Below are positions 24,700 to 37,554 of a DNA stretch of 64,000 nucleotides, piece by piece (the stretch's first letter is position 1; every line of letters begins with the position of its first letter). The notes under the pieces are model-generated. The model worked only from the letters and a program-made list of their open reading frames with translations. It was not told the DNA's origin and did no database searches. Source of the DNA: Schmidtea nova. Lineage: Eukaryota. The stretch lies in the NCBI GenBank assembly GCA_044892505.1, contig CM097882.1, positions 218,674,001-218,738,000 of the forward strand, given 5' to 3'. Both the position numbers and the translations under genes were made by a program.

Positions 24700-26380
24700 G
24701 AGTGACATACCAAAAAATCGAGCAGTTCCGAGACAAATTCAAGCCACAGCGGAGCGCCACATGAGGGTATGGAGGCGAGGCCATCTAAATCTGGCTACAA
24801 TATCAGACGCTATTCAATACCATTTCCGAGTGAGATGGGAGTTTAACCTTCATAGGCGTATAATGGTTGAGATATGAATGATAATTTAAATTTAATTAAA
24901 CTTCTAGTATTAATCGATTTATTTTTTTTATTGTGTGATTAGATATCACTACATTTCTTTTTTTATACATTTAAACTTTTAACCTTCCTGGCCCAGATCA
25001 AGCTCAATTAGAACATCAGCAAACCCAAAGTGGTTTATTCAGCTGGAGGACGGAAATGCCATACCCCGATGGTTGTTAACGTTCATGGCGATACCGAATC
25101 AAGTATTACGACAATTGGGTTATATTCTGCTGGAGCAACCCAGATGCATCCGCACCGGAGAACTACGACCTAATGTAAATAGCCCCGGAAACCGAGATAT
25201 GAATCAGGGTCAATGGGCACCAGAAACCAAGTTATGGAAAATATTCATCCATGACGATAAATTGTGCTGGATTCCGTGCGCGGACTATTTCAACTCAAAT
25301 GGCACCCGGAAGGTAGATCGAGAATGTAATCAGGAATGGATCGAATTATGATGGACAAATATGCAAATATGTGTTATAAAATTGTGGCAGTGGAAGAAAT
25401 AAATAAATTGAGTTGTAAATTTCACGAGTTTCTTCGTTTGAATGATGAAATCTGCATGAAAGTTTGGTTGACTAGAATAGAAATGAGGTCCGAATAATTA
25501 AATATAGCCGAGGTTGAACTGAAGGGGTATGGACGGGTCGTCGAACATGACTAATAACTAATCGACCCTATAATTCTAGATGGATACGAATGAAAATGCC
25601 CCAAATACCGACGAAAGACGGCTATTATAGAAAAGAGTGAAAGTATTGGAGAGCCACGTGAAACGACAGGAGTCCGAGATAAACATGTTAAAAACCACCT
25701 GGTTCCATCCCGAAAGGGTGAAAGATATTCAACAACGTCGATATAGAGCAGAGAGAGCTCTGGAAGAGCAAGCTAGGGAGACAACCTCTGTCCGGTTGGA
25801 ACTAAACAATTACCTGTGAGTATCAACGCTCGAATTCGTCGAGCAACAACTACGGCCCTTGATACGAGCTAGCACCTTTAACCGTTGGGTGACGTTAACA
25901 AGCATAAATAGCGAGACCCAAACGGAGGAAATCCTTACTCCTATTGCGGAAATATTAAACGTAAACCCTAAGCCAGAAAGGTCAGCACGCACAAAACGGA
26001 TGAATCGCTTAGGCACGAAACGACCCCGAGAAAGGAGGGCGTATGCAGAGAGACTTGGGATCGAGATCGATCTACTGAGTGGACTAACCGAAAAGCAACT
26101 CCTTAATGTTATCAATACGGATGTTTTATTAAAATAAATAAATGTTTCGGTATTAAAAGTGTTGTCTTGTTATTGAATGAGGGATGTAAAACAATTGGGT
26201 GAATTATGGAATATATAAGTATGCACAATTCATTTGAGGGAGACCGGGAACCGAATGATAATTAACAAACCCTAGACGTAACTAAACTCGTATTAATAAA
26301 TTGGGACCGGAATAAAACCACACAGGTTTTCTATCAGTAGTGGTGGACCCGTGGATAAATGAGGGAATAGTAGCCGCAAT
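24700..26380 (+). mobile_element. Unrecognised multi-ORF dispersed element, copy 1 (degenerate)
   Basis: Collinear short frames homologous to 52655-54800 on the minus strand: AERHMRVW...FRVRW, TWFHPER, RERRAYAERLGIEIDLLSGLTEKQLLNVINT, and a conserved downstream non-coding block. Confidence 0.65.
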
Positions 26381-28476
26381 CATTCCACAACGTTGATACA
26401 TTTCCAACATGATGAGTAATTAGGGACACATCATGGGTATCAGCGGGAAAGCGTGTTTATGTTGGTGAGATTACCCTAATATTAACATCATATGAAATCT
26501 CAGTTGTAACATATATACCAACAGACCAGCATTAGTGATTTAAAAATGACTTTTTAGTATCAATTAAACAAAAGACTTTATTGAATTATTGTTAATGTAA
26601 GACTAATAATTACTTAAAGCAATGTGCCAAATTTTAATTAAATATATTTTAAGATTTAACCATACTTTATTTTCCAAAATCTCTACCAATCAATTGAAAA
26701 TAAAAGTTATTTTGAAATTCCCTCTAAATTTTATTTTAAAAAAATATTTAAAAACCAGTTTGTTTAAACACGCTAAATTTTCATCAAAATTTTATTATGC
26801 ACACTTTAAAATCAATCTAATGTTCGTTTACACACGCTATATTCCCGCGAAAGTTCATGTGCACACACTTAATTTCCACCAAAGTTCATGTACGCTACCT
26901 AATTTCTGTCAAAAGTTGGTTTACACACATCGAATTCCCTCTAAATCTAGTTTACACACACTGTAATCATTTTATCATAAATCTTAGGGGGAGGGGGATA
27001 AGAGCGCTAGATGTGACACATCAGCCAGCTCTGTTCTACGTTAAATGCGGGACACATTAAAGGTAATCTAATTAGATGTTTTCCTTCTTTCATAAAACAC
27101 TCAGCTAAATCACTAGGAGAAATAACCAACACACTGGTTATCAATGATTTACAACTATATTAACTTTAAATCCACCGAAGAAGCAAATCATTATAATATT
27201 TTTTTGATCATCCAAATTACAACATCGATTGGATAAAATTCCACAAAAGAAAATTTCCATCGATCTGACAGATAATGGGAAAAGGTGCACGTTTTCCATT
27301 GGTGAACGATAATTCGTATATAATAAATTCCCTAAATTCCCATTCACGGTTTTGTACTTGGTCGATACGTATTTATAAGAAAACGATGGAATTGAGAGAT
27401 CTGGTGGTTGTTTTGAGAATACCGAGACTCGTGAAATAATCTGGAAACAAATACGAATCCCTAACAATAAATGTGAAATAAATTTCGAGAATCAATAGAA
27501 ACAACTTACCATGAAAATTACGATAGAAACAACAGAACATAATTTACAAAGATAGTCACCTAAAATCAATAATATATATTATAAGTAAATATTTATTTAT
27601 TAGCATGTTTGGGGGGGAACTATATAGATTTTAAAACTCTTTTCCTTTTACTGCCTCAACAATTTAACGTAAGAAATTAAATACATAATAAAATCCCAAA
27701 TTATCTATATAATTCTTTATCTTAAAGATAGACTGAGCGGCAGAAAAAAGTTTTAGGATCTAGGCAGCTGCCTGTTACTGAGGCCTCGGTAAAAATTTAA
27801 AAAATATTTTTTTTGTAAATTTTATGGTTATTTAATTGGAGTATAATTTTGAATAATAACGCCAATCGATTACCTTAGTTGACGCTACTGAAACTCAAAT
27901 AGACTACCAATTAAATTTAATACACTCTAAAACCAAATACTATGGATAGACGATGCTGATCGATTAAACTAACACCCGATCCGATCGGGCTGGATGAAAT
28001 AAAAACAGAGACAAATCTTTAAAATTCCGAATAATTTCAACACTTTTGGAACAAATGATTTTGATAATTTTGTTTTGTCTATTTTTTGTGCTGTGTATTT
28101 GGAAGTAATTCTCGAGAAAATCAAGAATTATCGATGTTTGATCGTTTGATTTGATATTAATAAATTTTTATTGATGTAATTATTTATTTTGGTTTTCTGA
28201 TTTATAGCCTTACTGAATAGTTATAGATTATTTAACTAGTATTGGGACAAAATAGGCAAAGAACCTTCTATCGGTCGCATTTGAACCCATTTCGATGTTC
28301 GGTCATTCATAGTTTCGATTTTTCGACTATCACTGTTTTCGGGCATTCACCCATTTGTTGAATTAACAGCGTTACTTTTTAGCGAGCAACAAGATGGTTA
28401 GTTAATGTTTTATGTGTTAAGTTGTTGATGATGAGCCATAGCAACTTTAAAGTCATTTTGACTGTCAACAACCCAC

Positions 28477-28960
28477 TAATTGGATAAATAAAGGATGCCC
28501 CGGGAAAAGCCGCAAACCAGATTTCGACAAAATTAAATTAGGCAGCGGCAAAGACAATTAATTATTTTGTTTGGACAGATCAAATAAAGGCGACAGGATA
28601 AAAGGGAAAAGGTACTATATAAACTGAGAGCAATTTGCCGATATTGCCAGTTTGGTCGAAGCAAAATCTATAATTTGATGTGATAAACCGAAACGACGAA
28701 AAGGAAGCTTGAACGAGAACTGAAGGTTAGAGGGCTGATTTATCTATTTTTCCTGCGTACCAGAAAGGGAGATTTCCCATTGGATTGCCTACTCTAATAC
28801 AAGGAGAGTGCAGAGAACATTCGTGTAACTTTGTGTAATTGAAATTGTATTTAATCAATTTGAAAATAAAGATTATTTTGTTGGGTTTAATTCATTATTG
28901 CCAAAGAAAGAACACATGAGTCAGATACCAACCGACTATTCATTAATAATCCAAAATTAA
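28477..28960 (+). repeat. Diverged partial LTR copy, tail-to-tail with the 28983-29811 LTR
   Basis: Matches the reverse complement of 28983-29460 (tgccccggg...agccgcaaa, gggagat.tcccattgg, gaacac..gagtcagata...ccgacta). Confidence 0.7.
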
Positions 28961-29841
28961 GAAAATGACCTGCTGATAATAGTGTTGGGTTGTTAACGAG
29001 TAGTCGGTAATATCTGACTCCTGTGTTCTCTTTCAATCACGAAAATAAGTGAAACCCAACACAATAACTTTTTATTATTTTTCAAATGAACAACGACACT
29101 TTTAATCACAGAAAGCTACTAATGCTCTGCAATCTCCGGCGTGAGGGTAGAACACCCAATGGGATATCTCCCTCTCTGGCACGCAAGAAGATTAAATTCA
29201 AATTCTACCTTTAGTCTTCTCTACACGCTTCCTCCAAATCGCTTTTAGTTGTTTGAAAAATTCTGTTTATCTTCGACCACTTTGGCTCGAGAAATTAGCT
29301 TTTACCAACTGGCAAGTACTGCAATTTTGACTTGCCTTTTATAGTGTTTTATTGATTGTTCCTGTCACACCCTAATGGATCTGTCAATTATAAAATTAAT
29401 TTGGGAGTTTCCGCTAAATGGTTTTGCGGCTTCGTTCCCCGGGGCACCCTTCAATTTTCCCATTAGTTTTAATTAATCGATTTGCTGATGCCTCGAGTTT
29501 CCCATATCGCTCGGGTTTCCTAATGGCTCGGGTTTCCCATTAGCTCGGGTTTCCCATAGAGTAATTAATTATTTTAATTAATTTGTATTTTCTAAATATT
29601 TCTTTCTGGGGACCCCTTTTTATTTTTATATACCCATATTCAAATTCTTCTCATCATTTGGCATCCTCCCATACCAGTTTCCCCCGCTCAAACTTTATTT
29701 TAATTTTTTATAAATTTTTAATTAACGTTTTCACATTAATTATTATTTTTGTATTTTTATTGATTTGTGCTATTTAATATTTATTTTCTGTAAATTTTAA
29801 CAACCCCAACATATCTCCCCTCTTTTTTAAGATTCGTCCTC

Positions 29842-29925
<84 letters not shown>

Positions 29926-29995
29926 CGATCATAAATCCTGCCAATGATTATATAATAGTAATAGTGGTGATAACATCACCAATAATTGTAATAAT

Positions 29996-30248
29996 NNNNN
30001 NNNNNNNNNNNNNNNNNNNNNNNNNNNNNNNNNNNNNNNNNNNNNNNNNNNNNNNNNNNNNNNNNNNNNNNNNNNNNNNNNNNNNNNNNNNNNNNNNNNN
30101 NNNNNNNNNNNNNNNNNNNNNNNNNNNNNNNNNNNNNNNNNNNNNNNNNNNNNNNNNNNNNNNNNNNNNNNNNNNNNNNNNNNNNNNNNNNNNNNNNNNN
30201 NNNNNNNNNNNNNNNNNNNNNNNNNNNNNNNNNNNNNNNNNNNNNNNN
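29996..30248. other. Assembly gap (N run) next to (TA)n and AAT-rich microsatellites
   Basis: Run of N; (TA)n at about 29843-29920. Confidence 1.
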
Positions 30249-30354
30249 TAGAATTAATCATGATAATAATAATAATAACAATAATTATTATTATTAATAT
30301 CACAATAGCCACAACAATAATTAACAATTATTACAATAATTGCAATAATAATAA

Positions 30355-32072
30355 TTATAAATAATAATCGACATGTGGGATATCCTTCCCTCTTAGGTAT
30401 AAAATTGAATAATCATACTGCATCAATAATAATGCCCATTTCGTCACTCTTACTGATGTAGTACTGGGAATAGCACTTTTGTTGCCAAGCAGATATTGCA
30501 GTGGTTTGTGATCGGTTTTGATGTCAAATTTTCTTCCCAAGAGAAACTGCTTCAGACGAATCATTGACCATACAATCGCTAATGCTTTGCGCTCTATGTT
30601 GGAATAGTTCCTTTCTGCCGGAGATAATGTCCTCGATACATGTATTACTGGTGAGCCCTCTTGTGTAAGTATGGCAGCTATAAAGGTTTTGGATGCATCT
30701 GTAGTTAATGTTACTTCTTTTTCTAGGTCGTACGGTTTACCTATTGGTGACTTCGATATCTCCTTTTTTAATTCCTCAAACGCCGACTGGCATGCCTTGG
30801 TCCATTGGAAGGCACCACACTTTGATTTCCTTAACTCGTTTATTGGACGTATTTTCATTGCAAATTGTGGAATATCTGCCGAAATAATTGATTATTTCCG
30901 ACAAAGCTTTCCACTTCTTTTCTGTTTCCCGGTGTCTGTATCTCACGTATTTTTGATACAAGTCTGTCATCTGGTTCGATTCCCTTTTCGGATATTTTGA
31001 AGCCTAAAAACGTAATCACTTTTGAATGTATGATAGACTTACTTTCATTCACTGTGACTTTTCTTTCTTTTAGCCTTGATATGACCGCATTCAATCTTTT
31101 TCTAAGCGCTTCGTTGTTTTCTGCAAAGATTAAGATGTCGTCTTGGTAAATTAACAATCCTTTAATGTCTGCTAGGATGTTTTAAATTGTTCTCTGGAAG
31201 ATTGTTGATGCATTCTTCATTTCCATCTGCAGTCTGTTTACTTCGTACAGGCCTTTGCTCGTGTTTATGACTGATAATTTCTTTGCTTGTTCGTCTAGCT
31301 CGATTTGCCAGAAAGCTGAAGTTAAATCTAACTTTGCAAATACCTTGGCATTCTTTAATTTGGCGAAGATGGTCTCAATATTCGGGAGAGGGTAGGCATC
31401 CATTTTAATTCTCTCATTTACATGCACCTTGAAGTCTACACACATTCTTAACTCATCATTTCTCTTCTTTATCCAAATCACCGGCGAGGCATTCGTAACC
31501 GGGCTTGTGCATGGACTGATTATTCCTATCTTCTCTAATCGGGTTAGTTCATCGTTCACCTTGCTTTCTAATGCTAAGGGTATCGGGCGTGCTCGAGAAA
31601 ATACGTCTTTCAAGTTCTCGATTAGTGTCATTGATGCTTTTATTCCCTTTATCGACGGGAGAATTTCGGATGGGTGTTTTTCTTTTGAGATTTGATTTAT
31701 TGATAATTCCATTTCATTTAAGATCGAAAGAATGTCCTGGCCCAACAGGCCAAATTCTTTCGTAGATTGTACTACTATTAACTCGATCGGATATATCTTT
31801 GATTTCGTTTCGATGGTAGTGTTGAACTTACCGGTTGATTTCAGTACATGACAGTCATATACTTCTAGAGTCTTCGTTGTTTTCTTTAGTTTGGGTTTGC
31901 CTAAGTACTCCCATATTGTTGTCGATATTATGGATACAGTGGCTCCTGTATCCAATTGCATTTTTACCCGTACTGACTTGATTGTGTACGTCTCTATATT
32001 ATCTTCAACTTGATTTACAGTCTCGATATGATTTATGCCACACTCCTCCTCGTTATCAGATATATAATTCAT
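30355..32072 (-). pseudogene. Gypsy pol: aspartic protease, reverse transcriptase, RNase H (frameshifted)
   Basis: LDTGATVSII (protease); LRMCVDFK, YPLPNIE, LDLTSAFWQI, YQDDILI (RT); TDAS...ERNYSNIERKALAIVW...TDHKPL (RNase H). Confidence 0.95.
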
Positions 32073-32099
32073 TACCTTAGTTTCTTTTGAGAGCTGGGT

Positions 32100-32660
32100 C
32101 GATCGGCAGACTTTTGCCAGATGGTTTCTTTTCCCACATAGTTTGCATTCTTTATTGAATGCTGGACATTGTCTTTTCTTGTGATTCGATCCTCAAAATT
32201 TGCAGTTTGTAACAGTTTCATGGGTTGACTTTTGCTTTGAAAAGTTTATCTCGAATTCTTTATCTCCTACATTTTCTGTGATGTTTTCTTCGCCTTTGAT
32301 GAATAATTGTATTTGTTCTATGTTCTGAATAATGTTCTGGATCTCGTGAATTGATTTGCAATTGTCCTGACATTGTATGAGAACCTTCTCTTGTGTTGCT
32401 TTGTCCCGAATTCCTGTCAATATGGATTTCTTGATGGATTTCATCAATCCCACATTCTCTTCAATTTCCTCCAAATACGTCTCAGTTGCCACTTTCAACT
32501 TTTGATTCCTCATTTCTGTCCTCCTATCGCTCTCCTCCACTTCCATGCATGTCTCATCTGCTATTATTACTGTCCTTTCTGAGCTGGGAATTTCGGATGT
32601 CAATTCTATATAGTGCATGGCTTGATATTCTTGTAAGGAATATTTTTTTGACGGTCCTAT
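32100..32660 (-). pseudogene. C-terminal part of gag with CCHC zinc knuckles
   Basis: ILTGIRDKATQEKVL, then CKF*GSNH...CPAFNKECKLCGKRNHLAKVCRS. Confidence 0.85.
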
Positions 32661-32669
32661 TTTGGGCAT

Positions 32670-33229
32670 TGATATATCGTCGATCCAAATACTTTCGAGC
32701 CCCAGATATATCTTCCGAATACTTTTAACGTCCTCCAAAGCTAAGTGTATACCCATTTGCATCTCCACTCCATATAGTTCCTTCATTATGATTTTGAGCT
32801 TATACTATTCCCCTCTTCTTGTTACTCCTTTCAATTGCAAAGCTTGGGCTGTAGCTAGATCCCGGATGCCGTAAAGATGGTTAACCCATATCCTTAAGAA
32901 TTGTAACTCTGCAGGTCGTGTCATACTAGTATTTTCCCGATAGCCAGTTTTTGAATTTCTTTCATTTCTTCATACTGGTCCTTTTGGTTTCGGCTCGCCA
33001 CCTCCGTTATTCCATGGATGTTTGAATTGAAATGTTTGAGTCTTCCTCTGGGAGTTAAGAACACATTTTTCACAATTTTTCCATGATAATTCATAATGGC
33101 CACCGCCAAAGGAACCACCTTTCCCGTCTCGCTGCTTCCATATTTGGCATAAACGAACAATATTCTATTGCGAATTTCCTCTATATCCATTTTTTGCTCT
33201 CGAATAAACGATAATTTCCTCTTCAACAT
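32670..33229 (-). pseudogene. DEDDh 3'-5' exonuclease domain (REXO4/ISG20-like) inside the Gypsy element
   Basis: LAVAIMNYHGKIVKNVFLTP...SNIHGIT...GKILV*HDL...IRDLA...LKII...MQMGIHLALEDVKSIRKIY follows the REX4 family pattern. One frame with two stops, continuing into ORF 32193-32786. Confidence 0.82.
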
Positions 33230-33408
33230 TATGTTTTCACATTAATTATTATTTTTCCAATTTTTCCAATTTTTGTATTTTTATTGATTTGTGCTATTTA
33301 ATATTTATTTTCTGTAAATTTTAACAACCCCAACAATAGGAAAAATGTAGCTCCATGTAAGACTTTAAAGCCCAAAAAAATTTGATATAATAATATTAAT
33401 AAAATAAT

Positions 33409-33532
33409 AATATTAATATCAATAATTCCCATAATGGGTGACTATAGATCAAAACTTCTTTAAATAAGTACACTTATTTAAAGAAATTTTGATCTATAGT
33501 CATCCATTATGGGAATTATTGATATTAATATT
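33409..33532. repeat. Near-perfect palindrome (~60-bp arms) made of TIR-family sequence
   Basis: atattaatatcaataattcccataatgggtgactatagatcaaaa...aagt-ac-actt...ttttgatctatagtcatccattatgggaattattgatattaatat. Confidence 0.9.
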
Positions 33533-33559
33533 AAAAAAGATCAAAAGTGAAACAAAAAG

Positions 33560-33980
33560 ATAATTATGATAAAATAATAAAAAATTATCAAAAATGCAAT
33601 ATAAATGAAATACAAGTGCATAACTAACACGCATTTACACCCACATCAATTTTATCTAATAATAGTTAGAAAATAATAACAAAAATGTAATACAAATGCA
33701 ATACATGTGTATGACAAACAAAGACATATACACATAATTTCATATAATAATATTAATAAAATAATAATAAAATATCAAAAATGCAATACAAATGCAACAC
33801 ATGTACAATACAAGTGTATGACTAAGACACCCATACACCCTAAATTAAATTCAAATAATAATATTTATAAAATAATAAATTATCAAAAATGTAATATAAA
33901 TACAATACAAGTGCAATCCAAGTGCAGTACATGTGTATAACTAAAACACATAACATATCATATAATAATATTAATAAAAT
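33560..33980. repeat. Degenerate AT-rich tandem repeats
   Basis: Recurring ataata...atcaaaaatg.aata.aaat...tacaagtg..ta.ctaa units. Confidence 0.65.
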
Positions 33981-34282
33981 AATTTCATATAAATAAGTCT
34001 TTGTTTAAACTTATTAAAATTTATATGGCGCCAAAACAAACAAAGTGGCCATTGAAAACATATTCTAAAAAGTTTTGGAATTTTATCCTGATTCCAAAAC
34101 AATAAAGATTATTTTTCATACTACTTTTTGTTCTAGCTGTACGGGGGTCACCAAAAAAATTTTAAAAATGATGAGTGATCATGCGGTCACATATTTTTAG
34201 TCTGTTTTAGTCTTGACTAAAAAAATTTTCGATAATGAGATACACGCATTATTTAATTGAACTAAAAATAAATATTTAAAAA

Positions 34283-35893
34283 AGTGATGTTCAATAATTA
34301 ATGTATATTAAAACTTTGTTTTAATATTACAAAATTCAGCACTTTTTTATAAAAATATATTTTGGTTATTATTATGAATTATGAAGAGATTATAACTGGC
34401 TACCACGCAGAGAAAATCGAGCCGATTCACTTGGTGACAAGAAATCAACATGGAAAGATGATTATGGAATCTTTGCCTAAACAGACAAAAGACATTTTGA
34501 ATTTTAATGTCCGAAGATTCAAAGGCCGAAGCACAATAGAAACAGAGAAATGGCTCAAGGATGCCAAAGAGGCAAAATGTAGAACTTGGTACATCAATAG
34601 TATACAAGGAAGCTCAAGTATTATGAAAATTTGAAAAATTATTAAATAGAAGCCAAGCAAAGACAAAATTATTTCAGAAATCCTTTCACATCTTAATGGA
34701 AATGAGGCTTATATATCTTATGAAACAATAAGTAGCAGTATTTTCAAGTATTTAAAAATAATTCAGATACAAGATGACGTATTGATGATTAATTCAGATG
34801 GAAAGCTTGCAGTTGTAGTACCTGATACGTACATAAAAACATTGGTAAATTATTTTCATATTGAACTGTGTAATCTGAGTATCAAGAAAACCTTATTTTA
34901 TTTAAAAATACTTTTTCTTTTGGTCATCCATGAATCAGAGTATTACGAAATGTATTAATTAAATGCAACATTTGTGCTAGTAGAAAGATTGATCAAGGAA
35001 GAACAAAGGGAATTTTATTGCCAAGAACAGGAGAACGGTTTTTAGAGCAGATAGTAGTGGATATTGCATATATGGAGACAAAAGCAAGTAAGAAATATAT
35101 GATAGTGATAATAGATCGTTTTAGTAAATTGGCCAGTTTATCAGCAACAAGTACGCAGGATGAATAAACAATTTTGAATGTCATTTTAAATAATTGGATA
35201 TATCGTTTTGGTAGACCAGAAAGCATTCTTACAGATAGATGAAGAATTTTTGAAGGATCAATGTTTCATGATTGGATGGAGAAATTTGGTATAAAACAAG
35301 AATTTAGTTCACCATATCAACATCAATCAAATGGTTTAGCAAAACAAATCATAAGAACAGTTCGGGACATATTGGCAACATCATTAACAGAGATTAAAAC
35401 AGAGAATCATTGGTGCAGATTATTACCAAAGATTGAATTTAGTTTGTATGCTACAAAACAAAACTCAAGAAATTTCTCACCTTTTAAAATTATATATGAC
35501 CGGAAGATTAATTTATATTCTATATAAGGAAATATACAAAAACAAAGAAGAAATTGTGGATAAAACAAAATCTTATCTAGAGAAAACAGCTACAACAATT
35601 CAAAATATAGATTTAGAACACTGGGGTACTTGAGTATTCACCGTGGGAAAGAAAGTATTAGTTCGCTTGGAACCACATAGAAGAAAGAAGGAGGGAATCC
35701 AATATGAAGGACCTTACAAAATTTTTAAATTCTTACGTATCACCAAGACAAGTTGAATTACAATTTCCAAACTCAATCAAATCAAGAATTGAATGGTTGA
35801 AGAGATGCAAAGAAAATGAAGAGGAGGAGAGTGATGTTCAATAATTAATGTATTTTAAAACTTTGTTTTAATATTACAAAATTCGGCAATTTT

Positions 35894-35962
<69 letters not shown>

Positions 35963-36227
35963 TAATTATCTTTTTTCACCTTTGATCTTTTTTTATTATT
36001 ATTATCAATAATTCCCAGAATGATGACTGTAGATCAAAATTTTTTTTATAAACAATAACACAATATTTCGGCACAGCCTTTATCAAGTGTGTATTGATAA
36101 AGGCTGTGCCGAAATATTGTGTTATTTTTATAAAAAAAATTTTGATCTATAGTCATCATTATGGAAATTATTGATAATAATAATATATATTTTAGTTATT
36201 ATTATGAATTATGAAGAGATTATAACT
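34283..36227 (+). mobile_element. Small Gypsy-type element with ~115-bp AGT...ACT LTRs, gag start and integrase only
   Basis: LTR 34283-34397 is repeated at 35830-36227, where it is interrupted by (TA)n and a palindrome. PBS-like (t)ggctaccacgcag; PPT gaagaggaggag. Integrase motifs CNICARRK, VVDIAY, IVIIDRFSK, FGRPESILTD, SPYQHQSNGLA. No RT or RNase H. Confidence 0.85.
35960..36185. repeat. Near-perfect palindrome (~90-bp arms) of two TIR ends back to back
   Basis: ...cacaatatttcggcacagcctttatcaa-gtgtgta-ttgataaaggctgtgccgaaatattgtg... Confidence 0.9.
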
Positions 36228-37554
36228 AGAAAATAAATAAAATTAATTATACAATTAAAATTACGGAGAATAAATAAATAATCATTTATTAAAATAAATT
36301 AGTTAAACATTAAGGTAAATATATAAATTAAATTATTAATATTCTTATTTAACGAACAGAATACGTAGGCAACATTTAGAATTAGAATAAATAGATGCTG
36401 AAAATTCATAACTATAACCATAATTTTGTGGATAGACAGTTTACACAAATTTAACTTTTTTTCTAACTTGCTCTCACGGTCGGATAAGTTTAATTCTACC
36501 AGCCATCACCAGTTTATTGTATTTTATTACTAAACCGGAACGAGTGCAACACTATTAGTAACACTATTGGTAATAAAAAGTGAATTTTCTTTTTTATTTT
36601 AATTTTATTATTATAAGTATTGGTTAAACCCAGATGAGAATTTTCCCCGAAAAATATAACGAATAGTGGATAAGCCTTAGTGGTGTAACGCCACTAGGCT
36701 GAATGTGAACCATAATCACTCTCAGAGTTATGTGTTGCCACGAGGAGAACCATAACTATTAAATTTACTATCAAAATGAGACGGGAGGAAATCATAAGTT
36801 GCATGTTTGAATTATGATTTTGATTTTCATGTTCTGTTCTTTTTCATTTTCCATAACATAAACTAATTATTGATTGGGATACCGTATGTGGTAGATAATT
36901 AAAATGGTAAATTTGAATTTATTCAAGAGTGGATTTAAGTAGTCTGGGAAATATAGGCAGGGCGATTATTTGGATGATTTTTGGATTAAAGGATCATAGA
37001 AACAAGATAAGATAAAAAGATAGAAAGCTAGGAATTAAAAATGCGAACGGACCAAACATAGATATGTGCGTAAGTCTTAATATCGGCAGCAGGAACCCGA
37101 AAGAGAAAATATAGTGAGTAGTTTTTGCAAAGAAGCTCACCTGCTCATTAGATTCTTGTTACCATGAACAGAATCAACATCGTTTACCAAGGAGTAAATA
37201 TGGATACACGAAGTAGTTAACATTTTATGATGGGGTGTGGGTGGTAGTCATCCCTAGAAACCAGTAAAAAATTCATAATAACCTCTAATACCAACACTCA
37301 CAACGTATTTTAGTCTGTCTTTAAAAAAATCGTCAAAATTTCCCTAGTTTTAATGGCCTTGATCTATATTTTGACATATACAATGAGTCATAGTCTTTGC
37401 TTACATGACCTAAATTATGACTTATCAAACCTTAATCGGATAACGCGACTGAAAATTTTTAAAGAAAAACGACGAGTCATTGTGCGCTCACTTCTACCTA
37501 CTTTTGATAATTGTTTAGTTCTGTCAGTCCTAATTTATTTCGCTATTTGTAAGC

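Larger units (their letters stand above)
28983..33335 (-). mobile_element. Gypsy LTR retrotransposon (K02A2.6/Mag-like), integrase missing, 5' LTR truncated
   Basis: 3' LTR 28983-29811 with TGTTGGG...CCCAACA termini, preceded by PPT aaaaaagaggggagata. About 100 bp of the same LTR start at 33236-33335. Internal gag, protease, RT and RNase H. Confidence 0.92.

Noticed and set aside
27000-27560. Protein-like frames on both strands (ORF 27141-27467)
   Set aside because: No recognisable motif, several stops in the + frame, and no second copy in the window to test against.
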